DNA of 64,000 nucleotides, taken from positions 3,100,001 through 3,164,000 of the forward strand of contig SMSO01000034.1 in assembly GCA_004764695.1 (NCBI GenBank), in the 5' to 3' direction. The DNA comes from Schizochytrium sp. TIO01 (Eukaryota > Protista > Bigyra: Labyrinthulomycetes). Shown here one piece after another: positions 1 through 10,012 of the stretch (positions are counted from its first letter, which is position 1; each line of letters opens with the position of its first letter). The position numbers were made by a program, and so were the translations under genes. Below the pieces are notes generated by a model, which did not search any database, was not told the DNA's origin, and worked only from the letters and a program-made list of their open reading frames with translations.

Positions 1-30
1 GACCTGTGTTGCATGAAACGGTTGCTGTTA

Positions 31-1053
31 TTACGACTCGAATGCTTTTGGCAAGGCGTCATCTGTGTTACAACTCGAGCTAAATTGATGGGCCCGGGCA
101 ACACTGTAGCATTGTGCATCAACCATAGTATCAACTGCTGTTGGTAAAAGACTGAAGTGAAGGCAAGTGGTTGAATCGTAATCTGTGGCAACTTGATAAC
201 CTTGGCATTTCGGATTAAGCTTGCATAGAAACATACATTCATCCAATGAACAATAGTCATCATCACTACACGGCCTGTAGCCTTCACCTGCGCCCCAGCA
301 AGCGCCACTCTCACCTTCAGAATTCTGCACCTGCTTTGTGCAAGACCTTGGAAGGTTTGTGCAGTCTTGATCGCGTGCGTAGCATTGTGAAGATGCAGTC
401 AATCTATTCCCGTCAATATCAACCTCAGAGGCACCCGTTACACCTGAGTATATCATGGTACAAGTTTTGTTCTTGACATTGTAATTTATGCCCTTGCAAT
501 CAAAGTTTGCGTGGCAGCGCAATTTGCATTCCTCAACGGTACAATCCTCACAAACATCCTCAACACTGTCATCATAGAATTCGCGAAAATCCTCATCGTC
601 CATAGTTACACCAGATCTATCGTCCCAATTAGTGGTTTCTCCATTTTCAGATGAGATGGAGAAAACGCAGTTTCCTCGTTTGGAACTGCTGCCAATACAA
701 GGCAGAGTGTCCGCCCCACCGGCACCGGAGTTGTCACCCAAGTTGTACTTGCAAAATTTTTGATCCCCATAGTCCGATGCATGCTGTTTACAATATTTTG
801 TAGTCAAGCAATACCACAATCGGTAGTTAGTGACGTACTGACAGCGCACAAGGCGATATTTCCTGCGTTCACGCTTGCAGACCTTCTTGTGATCTACCGA
901 TTTTAGTCTACCACAAGCCCAGCTTGTACCGGGATTTACAAAGGCTCTTGGTTTGTTTTCCGGAGGTTGTGATGCCTCCACTGTGTTCCCAATTTGTAGC
1001 ACTATCACCAGAGTAACAATTAAAACTGCGAGTGCAGCCTTCAACGTTAACAT
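31..1053 (-). CDS. Secreted Cys-rich protein with two PAN/apple-like modules
   Basis: ATG at 1053 (track start 1074 is TTG) gives a signal peptide MLTLKAALAVLIVTLVIVLQIGNTVEA. Two C-x3-C-x5-C..C modules (ECKLRCHANFDCKGINYN..TCTM; ECMFLCKLNPKCQGYQV..TCLHF) are typical of PAN/apple domains. Confidence 0.7.
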   Translation of the reverse strand: MLTLKAALAVLIVTLVIVLQIGNTVEASQPPENKPRAFVNPGTSWACGRLKSVDHKKVCKRERRKYRLVRCQYVTNYRLWYCLTTKYCKQHASDYGDQKFCKYNLGDNSGAGGADTLPCIGSSSKRGNCVFSISSENGETTNWDDRSGVTMDDEDFREFYDDSVEDVCEDCTVEECKLRCHANFDCKGINYNVKNKTCTMIYSGVTGASEVDIDGNRLTASSQCYARDQDCTNLPRSCTKQVQNSEGESGACWGAGEGYRPCSDDDYCSLDECMFLCKLNPKCQGYQVATDYDSTTCLHFSLLPTAVDTMVDAQCYSVARAHQFSSSCNTDDALPKAFES

Positions 1054-2336
1054 CGTCGCACTCCTCTTACTCAACTAAGTCGAGATTTACGTGATATTTT
1101 CGATCAGCTGAGCTAGCTGAGAGATATTGATTGGACGTCAAGCGAGATCTCGCCCACTGCACGATTCAACTGAAGTTCGCAACTTTAGCCAGTGCTAGCT
1201 AGCCCTCAGAATCTCTCTCTTGTTTGCTCAAAGGGACGAGTTCTAGTCACCTAGACCTACAACCTTGCACAGGCAAGCGAAGCACCAGTCCGGCTATACG
1301 TCGCTTGCTCTTGACAAGTCTGAGTCAACCTGCTATTGTCTTTGTCCTCGTGGCCAGGACTTTGTTTCGTTATTGTTGCAAACCTTTCAGGGGGATTAAT
1401 TGCTTAGCTGTTCTTGGTAATGGCGCAGTAGAATAAGGAGGAAATTACAAGAAGCAGCGAAATAGCTTTACATGCAGATAACAAACCTTACGGACGCCAT
1501 AAATATAAATAAAAACAAGATTAAATAAAACAAAGCATGTTGAAAGGTGCAGGTAGGATACATAGTATGTATAATATACCACGTCTGCAGCACTCTACTT
1601 GATGATCGATCACAAGCTGCTCAACACTTCGAATGAGGTAGATGGCGGCGTGATGTTTATATATAATAAATCTATAAACTACTACACTGATACTTTTGGA
1701 ATTTTGCAAGATCTTGAGGTGCGCATGCCGCGGAGACAGATGGTACCTGGCAGACGGCCCCGCACCAAACCCACATCCTTTAGCACAGCAGGCCCACATC
1801 TCCCGCATCCGTATTCTTCCTAACTGAAACCAAAATGGGCTCTTAGCGTTGATGAAGTTGACAGGAAGACTGGCTGACTAGGCTGACTCATCATATCATC
1901 ACCACCAACGAATGATGCGCGGGAGGTATGAAAGAGATTGTGTTGAAAAGCCATTGCGTGAAGACCTATGACCGCAGACAGCAGCAACATAGGTCGAACC
2001 TGCACGAGGGAGGGAAGAGGGACGGGGAACTCAATAGCAGCGTATAAGTGAGTGAGTGGGTGGTCACGTCACGCGCGTGCAGAAAAACGCAACACGTGCT
2101 TGCTTGTGTCTTCTCAATGCAGAGAATAACAAGAACAACAACAAGAAGAAGAAATCTGCAAGCTTCTTCTGGCGGACTTGCAAACTGGCAGAGTTGCAAA
2201 CTGGCAGTCCGTTCGATGGGGCACCAGGTCTTGCTGGAGTTATGGTTGATTGCCTCGCATCGGTCTTGCTAGGCTGGTTTTGAGGCGATTTCGGAATTCA
2301 ACTAACTATCTCGAGCCTCCATGCACATGTACCGCG

Positions 2337-2386
2337 TAGATAGATAGATAGATAGATAGATAGATTAGATAGATAGATAGATAGAT

Positions 2387-2424
<38 letters not shown>
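2337..2424 (+). repeat. (TAGA)n microsatellite
   Basis: Directly visible tandem TAGA array with a few TAGAT interruptions. Confidence 0.95.
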
Positions 2425-2425
<1 letters not shown>

Positions 2426-2674
2426 GCAAGCAGGCACCTTTATCCTATGAATCCTGTGGAGACAGTGGAGAAAGTCCTCTTCTGAGCAGCGCACATACCT
2501 CATCATCTTAAAACGGGTTGATCTTCAGCGCGACTTGCTGAGAAGCTCAAAGACCTCTGGTCAGTCATGGTCCACGAGATCAGCTCTCTGAATGCCATGC
2601 AGTACCAATGTCCTCGTTGGCTGAGGCGTTTCAAGCTCTTGCAAGTAAGCCTGCTAGTGGCGGAACCCCCGGAT

Positions 2675-2762
2675 TCGCATCGAATCATTCTAGCATTCTA
2701 GCAGAAAATTATTCTCGCGTCGAATTGTTCTCGCATCAAATTGTCCTCGCATCGAATTATTC
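2675..2762 (+). repeat. 16-bp minisatellite, ~5 degenerate units (consensus TCGCATCGAATTRTTC)
   Basis: Units at 2675, 2699, 2715, 2731 and 2747, with an 8-bp partial unit at 2691. Confidence 0.75.
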
Positions 2763-4284
2763 TGACATCGCTATCGACAGGCTTGGAGTCGTCTTGAGCT
2801 TATTTTTCGATGAGACCCGAGTCTTGGTCGCCGATGCGATCGGTCGCGCATGCTGAGATTGCCCAAGGCAACTCGAAGCCCGAGTCCCTACAACATCTCC
2901 ATCACCGGGAGAAATCCAGGCAGCGCCAGGGAGCAAGTGCTCAGGCTCTTCACGCTGCAATTATCGGCGACAGCGCTCCTTTGTAGACCAAGGTTAGCAG
3001 GTTCGAATTCGCTGCGATATCGCAATCGAGGGTTCCCGTGCGTCGAGCTGATCATCAGCAGCACAGAACTTGAAGTCGGCCGATCGATTGAGCATCACAG
3101 CACAGCACAGCACAGCACAGCGCATCCATCCCTTCCTCTGCTCCAAGCGCTCCACGGGCTCATGCACGCACGCATGCCGCGCATGCACGCATGCGTGCAT
3201 GTGCCTTTGGCCAGGCAGGCGAGCGAGCTCTCCGTCGCCGGCATCGGCAGCGCAGCGCCTTCGCATCGCAGCCGATCTGCAATGCACCTGTGCCATGCAT
3301 GCATGTGGCATATGAGCCACGCACAAGTTTGAGCCGAACCTGATTCCATCGGGATCCGCGAAGCTTCACACGCCGAAGATGATGCAGAGAGCCCACCCGA
3401 AGCCTCCCTGCACGTGCTGCATGGCCATTCATGCGCTCGTGGCGCAACTCTTCAGTCATTCCTTCGTCATGAGCGGCCGGGGGCTGAGAACTGCGCAGCC
3501 TCGGGCGACCGCGACGCCACTCGACGCAAAGGTTTCCGCGACCACGAGCGAAGGAAGACGCAATTGCGAATTACAGATGGAACCAATAGAAGGCTTTTGT
3601 CACCTTTTCTGAGCCTTTCGTAAGTTCCTCTCAATCACCGCTGACGGGCGAACCATTTCAGCGCGTGTTCATTTCACTCGATTGCTTTGGAGCTAAGCGT
3701 CGCTAGCGGGGCCCTATGCCAAATGCACACGCTCAAGAAAGGCAAACTTACTTCAACTTACTCGTGGATATGCAGACTCGGATGCATGCCGGAGTGAGGG
3801 CAGTCGCTACTCATGGGCGATCGAGCTTATTTGCCCTGCCTCGCACTCGATCCTTGCTTGGTCTATGAAGTTTGTGCGGGCATCATCGTGATTATGGACG
3901 TTTTCTTTTGGCTTGTTTTCTTTCATTCGTGCATGGCTATTATGAGTGGCCGGGCCAGCGGGAATCTCTGCGGGGCAGTGCGGGGAAGTGAGGGACCACA
4001 GCACATGTTTGAAGGGTAAAATCACCCCGCAGTAGGAGGGGCATTGTGCGCGCTCCTGTTTATTTATAGGCCTCTCGCTCACGGCATGACCAGCAAATGA
4101 AAAGAATAAATTGGAGGTGAGATATGTAGGTACTTACTTACTTACCTACTTACCAAGGTAGCGAGAGGTAAGCGCTCTGAAGAATAGCAAACCCCAATTC
4201 GGCAATAAGAGGGAGTGGTGATCTCCAAGAGAGTGACTGAGTTGGGGATTTGCCAACGGAAAGGCACGTTGCCTGCACGCCACA

Positions 4285-5490
4285 ATGCTGCTGGGGCAAT
4301 GGGTCCTAGCGAAAAGATGGAGCTTAAAACTGCTCGTAATCTCCGTGCTACTGATCGCCATTGCCAGCTCCATGAACTCTGCGGCAGGCTTGAAAATCCT
4401 GGCCGAAGTGCCTCAAAAAAATCGGACCGTCTATCCTGCAAGTGCAGTAGCAAGAGTTGTAGGTGGGTTAGCTTTATGTACAGCTGTTCTCGTAGCTGAA
4501 GATAAGGCAGTCACCGCGAGGCATTGTGTCCTAGAAACATCTGCAGTTGTCAGTGGCTCCTACATTGGCGTACCACTTCAACAAGGAAATGATTTCTACT
4601 CCAAGGTCTACTTGGAGTTTCTTGACGCATCGGAGCAGCCAATCAATGTCACAGTCTGGGGTCTCAAGCTCGGTGATCCTGTTAACTACAACGATGACTG
4701 GGCTATTCTTTACCTTAATACAAATGAGCTTGCAGATTGGCCTCCGTCCAATATCTCGCCCATTCCTCTTAACAATGACGATAAAGCGTTTGCAGTTGGA
4801 AACTTGGGCGTTATGGCATACGGATTTGACAGCTCCATATACGAATTGAATAGTCTAATGGCTGCCGACTTTCAGTGCACGATGATCTCAAATGACGTCG
4901 ACGAAGATATTGTTCAGCATACTTGTGGAATCAGCAATGGTGCATCTGGAGGTCCAATCCTAACGTATCCCTGCGATAGTGAGATTTGTACAGATGATGC
5001 CGAGCGATTCTCTCTTCTAGGCATACATGTTCGAGGAGTCTCCCAAAATACAGAGGAAATCGTACGCGAAATGGTCCCTATCATGAGCTTTAGAGAACAG
5101 CTTTTGTCATCCCCTCCACCAAAGCTTGTAACCTCCGTACGCCTGATCATGGGAAAATATCAACTCAGTCTTAAAGACGATGATACTCCCACCTCAATAA
5201 ACGAAGGGGCAAATAATATCCCTTTGGCTTCACTTTGGGAAATCGTGCGATCCGACTCTGACATTGTCTCAGGATACTTTTATCTTCGGAATCGTTTCAG
5301 TAACACTTTTATATCAACCGAGAAAAAACGTGTCTCGCTACAGTCCGACTACAGAACAGTAGAATCTTCTTCTGGAAAGCGATCCACGCTTTGGACTTTA
5401 CATCAACCTAGTAGTGATGAGGAAGACTATTGTATACAGTCTGTTGCTACCGGTGACTATTTACTCATTAAGGAAAGAAAGTCATCATGA
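4285..5490 (+). CDS. Secreted trypsin-like (S1) serine protease with C-terminal beta-trefoil-like repeat; probably the 5' part of a larger gene continuing into 5487..8618
   Basis: Signal peptide; catalytic-triad motifs CTAVLV..VTARHCV (His), DDWAILYL (Asp) and HTCGISNGASGGPIL (Ser). The C-terminal W..Y.LRN..S..FIS / W.....YCIQSV.TG.YL repeats resemble ricin-B/fascin trefoils. Confidence 0.8.
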   Translation: MLLGQWVLAKRWSLKLLVISVLLIAIASSMNSAAGLKILAEVPQKNRTVYPASAVARVVGGLALCTAVLVAEDKAVTARHCVLETSAVVSGSYIGVPLQQGNDFYSKVYLEFLDASEQPINVTVWGLKLGDPVNYNDDWAILYLNTNELADWPPSNISPIPLNNDDKAFAVGNLGVMAYGFDSSIYELNSLMAADFQCTMISNDVDEDIVQHTCGISNGASGGPILTYPCDSEICTDDAERFSLLGIHVRGVSQNTEEIVREMVPIMSFREQLLSSPPPKLVTSVRLIMGKYQLSLKDDDTPTSINEGANNIPLASLWEIVRSDSDIVSGYFYLRNRFSNTFISTEKKRVSLQSDYRTVESSSGKRSTLWTLHQPSSDEEDYCIQSVATGDYLLIKERKSS

Positions 5491-8400
5491 CAAAGTCATG
5501 CAACAGGAAAGCCTTTGCCAGTATAAAGATGGAAAATGGGACGGACTATACATCTTCACTTGTCAGTACAACAACACCGACAACAGCCCCAACAACAAGT
5601 GTCGCGGCCTCGAGAAATGTGGTTCTGAAAGATTCTGCGTCGAGCAATATTTTGGAAGCAACCGTTTCAGGAAATAAAAAGAAAAACACCATCACCTTCA
5701 CTTTGCGTAGCTTCGGAGACTTTCTTTCGAGCACATCGCTTTTTCGCATGACTGCCACAAGCAATTCTCTGCCAATTGTGTCTCTACAGAATGCAGGGAA
5801 TGGCTATTATTTAAGCGCGACAAAGAGTAGAAATGACATTAAACTCGATCTATTGGAAACTTTTGAGGAGGAAATGTCTGAGTGGTATATAACATCTCCT
5901 TCGTCAGGTGACTATTTGTGTTTTGCATCGGTTAAATATGAAGGTCACTATTTGGCTATCAGTCTTAGCAACCAGCTTGAAAACAAATGTGATAGTTCAA
6001 ACGGAGTTTCCTTGAAAGAGCACTTTGTGAGCTATGGAGATATTCAAATTTCGAGTCTAGACAACTTTATTTTCACGGACCCGACCTCAGGTTGCGATGA
6101 AGTGACTGGAAACTGTACCGGTGTTTACGGTGGTGCCGCTCCAGTTCAAGTTTTAGAAGACTGTGACCAACTAGATTGCATCAGCCAATCTGTGTGTGCC
6201 TGTGATACAAGTGACTGTCATCCTGTTTTAACAACAACGCTTGATTGTTTTGAACATGACAAAACCGAGATCCACAAAATTGCAAACTACACGAACCTCC
6301 AGTCTCTCACACTCAGAAACATAGGACTACAAAGCTCTGACCTTATCGAAATCTTTGACGGGTCAATTTTCGACAATCTACAGTTTCTCGATATATCAGA
6401 AAATGAGATCTCATCGCTCTATGATGGACTGATCGAACGTTTTCCGAATCTACAATCCTTTCAAGTTGGTGGAAACGGTTTGAGAGCTTTACCTTCTAAT
6501 ATTGGTTACCTCACCAAGCTGGAACTACTAAACATCGACTCGAACCGCATTGAAGAGCTTCCGGATAGCATAACGAACCTTGCGTCATTGAGCTCTCTCG
6601 CCTTGGTCGGTAATAGAGTTTCAATGCTTCCCGATGGTTTCAGTCGCCTGACAAACTTGGGATCTGTCACTTTTGAAGGCAACAGCATCTCCTCACTCGA
6701 AAACGCAGGATCCTTTGCGAAGTTTGAGGCATTAACGTATCTGAATTTCTTTGGAAATTCATTGACATCCTTGCCGCAGGACTTCACAAAGATGAAAAGC
6801 CTTCGTTGGCTTTCACTCTCTCGGAATGGCCTGGATAAGCTACCAAGTTCGTTGAGCGACCTGAGCCAGCTAACTTGGCTTTCCGTATCTGTGAATGAGC
6901 TCACCGAACTGCCAGACAGCATGACACATTTAACCGGACTGACATCCATTGATATCTATGCCAACAAGCTTACCAACTTACCTTCCGGTATTGGTAACCT
7001 TGTAAATCTTAGAAAAATTTCAGCCCAGGGTGGAAGTAGGAGTGATAAGCAGTCCACAATCCGTTCCCTACCAGATAGTTTGAGCAATTTGAGCAACCTT
7101 CTTAGCCTCAATCTTGAGAACGCATTGAAATCGACGAACGATAAGTCTATGCCGTCTGTGATTGCTCAACTCTCAGCCCTTACTCTTCTGAAGATTGGCA
7201 ACAATGAGATCAGCTCTATTCCTGACAGCTTGACAACGCTCACCAATCTCACGATCCTTGACTTTAGTGGAAACGAGATCTCCGAATTGCCAAGCGGATT
7301 TGGTGCACTCTCACAATTACAAGAGCTTACTCTGATTAATAACGAGCTCACAACCTTACCTGAGAGCTTTGCAAAGCTTACATCGCTACAGGATATGACG
7401 GTGTCGAGGAATCCTCTTAGATCTTTGCCAGAGTCATTCGGCGAAATGACCGAGCTGACGAGTCTTTACCTTTGGGACAATAATGAGAATTTCACAAATC
7501 TGCCTGACAGCTTTACAAACCTACAGAGCCTCAAGAAGCTGACAATTAGTACAAACCCCCAATTAGACTTCCTCGACATCCTGCCTGAGCTTACGAACCT
7601 TGAGTATCTCAATATAGCCAGGAATGGGTTTACATCTATACCCAAACAAGTGGCAAAGTTGACAAATCTTCGCTACTTGGCTGTCCTGGACAATAATCTC
7701 AAGGAGTTAGACCTCTCGACACTAATGGAACTCACAACCTTGGAAGCCAAAGGTAACACCGACCTTACGGATTTTCCAAATAGCTTGACACAGCTGACAA
7801 AATTGAGATATATAGATCTTTCCGATGCTGACATTGCAGAACTTCCGGAAAAGATGGACGATCTCACTGCCCTAGCCTACCTTGACCTGTCTAGCAACTC
7901 ATTCACGTCTTTACCTGATGTCGTCGGTAAGCTGTCATCCTTGACTCAGCTCGATGTATCGAGTAACTCAGGTATGACTACTTTGTCGAATAACTTAGGC
8001 AATCTTGGCTTGCTGCGAAGGGCCGATTTCTCGTCTAATTCTCTGGTGGCTTTGCCTAAGAGCATCAGCGGCCTCACGTCACTTACTAATCTCAATCTCC
8101 AGGGCAATACAGGCTTGACATCAATGCCAACAGGCACATGGACTTTGCCTTCATTACAATCACTTGACATCTCAGGTTGTTCTGGCATCACAAGTATTCC
8201 TAATGCAGTTTCTGGTCTCACGGCGCTGACAGAGTTGGATTTGGGTTCGTGCAAAGTTGCAGAGGTTCCAAATGGGCTCGGGTCGCTTTCAAATCTCAAG
8301 ACTCTGAACTTTGCATCAAACAACCTTAGCAAGCTTCCAGCAAGTATGTCAGGACTTTCTGCTTTGGTGAATCTGAACGTCAGGTCAAATTCAATAGATG

Positions 8401-8618
8401 AGATTGACGAAGCTGTATTTGAAGGAATGCCTCGTCTGACAAGCTTGAATTTGGAAAGAAATGATATGTCTAGTCTCCCAAGTTCACTGACAAACTTGAT
8501 GAATCTGGAGACATTCAAACTAGTACCGGCGAACAACTTCTGCGGCTATTATCCAGCATGGAATTATACTATTCCTGATCTTGATTTTACGCCTGGAGCG
8601 TGGTCCAAGGCCTGTTGA
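5487..8618 (+). CDS. Leucine-rich-repeat protein (~30 LRRs) preceded by a Thr-rich linker, a beta-trefoil-like repeat and a Cys-rich cap; probably the 3' part of the protease gene
   Basis: 1043-aa ORF with repeated LxxLxxLxLxxNxLxxLP; TTTPTTAPTTS linker; Cys cluster (CDQLDCISQSVCACDTSDC) before the LRRs; NNFCG C-terminal cap; no signal peptide of its own and no TM segment. Confidence 0.9.
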   Translation: MTKSCNRKAFASIKMENGTDYTSSLVSTTTPTTAPTTSVAASRNVVLKDSASSNILEATVSGNKKKNTITFTLRSFGDFLSSTSLFRMTATSNSLPIVSLQNAGNGYYLSATKSRNDIKLDLLETFEEEMSEWYITSPSSGDYLCFASVKYEGHYLAISLSNQLENKCDSSNGVSLKEHFVSYGDIQISSLDNFIFTDPTSGCDEVTGNCTGVYGGAAPVQVLEDCDQLDCISQSVCACDTSDCHPVLTTTLDCFEHDKTEIHKIANYTNLQSLTLRNIGLQSSDLIEIFDGSIFDNLQFLDISENEISSLYDGLIERFPNLQSFQVGGNGLRALPSNIGYLTKLELLNIDSNRIEELPDSITNLASLSSLALVGNRVSMLPDGFSRLTNLGSVTFEGNSISSLENAGSFAKFEALTYLNFFGNSLTSLPQDFTKMKSLRWLSLSRNGLDKLPSSLSDLSQLTWLSVSVNELTELPDSMTHLTGLTSIDIYANKLTNLPSGIGNLVNLRKISAQGGSRSDKQSTIRSLPDSLSNLSNLLSLNLENALKSTNDKSMPSVIAQLSALTLLKIGNNEISSIPDSLTTLTNLTILDFSGNEISELPSGFGALSQLQELTLINNELTTLPESFAKLTSLQDMTVSRNPLRSLPESFGEMTELTSLYLWDNNENFTNLPDSFTNLQSLKKLTISTNPQLDFLDILPELTNLEYLNIARNGFTSIPKQVAKLTNLRYLAVLDNNLKELDLSTLMELTTLEAKGNTDLTDFPNSLTQLTKLRYIDLSDADIAELPEKMDDLTALAYLDLSSNSFTSLPDVVGKLSSLTQLDVSSNSGMTTLSNNLGNLGLLRRADFSSNSLVALPKSISGLTSLTNLNLQGNTGLTSMPTGTWTLPSLQSLDISGCSGITSIPNAVSGLTALTELDLGSCKVAEVPNGLGSLSNLKTLNFASNNLSKLPASMSGLSALVNLNVRSNSIDEIDEAVFEGMPRLTSLNLERNDMSSLPSSLTNLMNLETFKLVPANNFCGYYPAWNYTIPDLDFTPGAWSKAC

Positions 8619-9179
8619 AGTGGGTTGCCAACCTTCATACAAGATTTAGGATTGCTGCTTATTTCATACTCTTCGTAACAATGTAATCAATACCAAGCCT
8701 CCATCATTTTTCTGATTAAAGTTTCCTACTAGAGCACTCAGATCAATCAAAGATCTCCTCCAGAGAAGTCCAGGTGTTTCCATGTATTGTAGCTTCTTGT
8801 TTCACAAGATACACTGCCAGACAATCTCAGTGCGTGACTAACTCTCATCTAAAAGTGGGTTTTCTCGAGCCTTGCCAGGTTTCTATATTGTTACCTTTCT
8901 ATGATGTTGTGTGAAATCAATGGAATATTGATTAGTATGAGGTATCTTTTATGTTGCGCTTCGAGTTGTGAAATAGTCGGATGTTAGATTGGTATGAATC
9001 CCCGTTTAGGACCTTCAATTGACTGATTGTTGTGTTGCGGTGTTTCACACATTTGACCAAAGCTTAAAAAAGTTTTATTATTTTGCATGGTGTTTTTTTG
9101 TTTTGTTTTTTTCTCTTTTCTCTGGTCAAAGTCGAGGTTTGAAGTCAGCAAAACGACTTCTTCACAGACTTATGCGCAA

Positions 9180-9641
9180 ATGTTCACGCGTTTAGCCTCC
9201 TTCAAAGCTCCCAGTGCAGTGACGAGGTGTAGAGTACGCTCACTGTGGGCACGCGACCTCGCATCCGGAACGAAGTTCGGTAGCGAAGATGGTGCAGCGA
9301 GTTTTGGCCAGCAAGATGCAGAGTCCGCAGCTGTGAACAAAAACAGCCAGGGTTTACCACCTCTACCTGAAGAGCCTTTGGATTTCGAGGAGCGTCTGGC
9401 AATTTGTGGCGAATGCAAGCACGCAAGGGAGTTCATTTCAGGGTTTGCGAGTTTTTGTGCAGAATGTGGATGTAACATTCAGGCCAAGGTGAGTTTCTTT
9501 TTGTTTCTTATTTGCTACTGTATTATAATGAAGAGAGGTGGATGGTTCTAACGCGTATATTCTTGTTCATGTTGAATTAAATATCAAACCGTTCTGCAGG
9601 CTTTCTTTGAACATTTGCACTGCCCAATCAATAAGTGGTAG
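9180..9641 (+). CDS. Small Cys-rich protein (DUF6171-like CxxC..CxxCGC..CPxxKW) with a putative mitochondrial presequence; 2 exons
   Basis: Exons 9180-9488 and 9600-9641; intron 9489-9599 (AAG|GTGAGT ... CTGCAG|G). The spliced C-terminus reads RLAICGECKHA..FCAECGCNIQAK-AFFEHLHCPINKW*. The N-terminus MFTRLASFKAPSAVTRCRVRSLWAR is Arg/Ser-rich and acid-free. Confidence 0.75.
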
Positions 9642-10012
9642 AGTAAATCAGTCCTTTGGCGGTAGTGCCATTTCATGAAATGTCTAGTCAAAATCATTAT
9701 ATCTGGGGATACGATTGCACAGTTTGTTAACGCTGTTGTTTTATTGTTAGGCTACATTGAATTCATTTGTTTGCCTCGGATGGGATTAATATAGTCTAAT
9801 GTATAATCTCCCTTCATGAGCTTGGTATGTGCTGAGATGGGAGCGCTTTGATATTTCTCTCAAATGGTCCTTACTGGCATTAGAACTTTGCAACAGATTC
9901 TTCGTTTGTCTTTTGTTTTGCTTTTCTTCTAGCTAGAACTCAAAATAGAAAAGAGCCAAGAGGTAGATCATCAAGAGAGAAAGTAACTCAAAATAGATTA
10001 TTGTAAATGTCT

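Noticed and set aside
2675-2762. Repeat array as a possible CRISPR
   Set aside because: Units are contiguous with no spacers, the context is eukaryotic and there are no cas genes.
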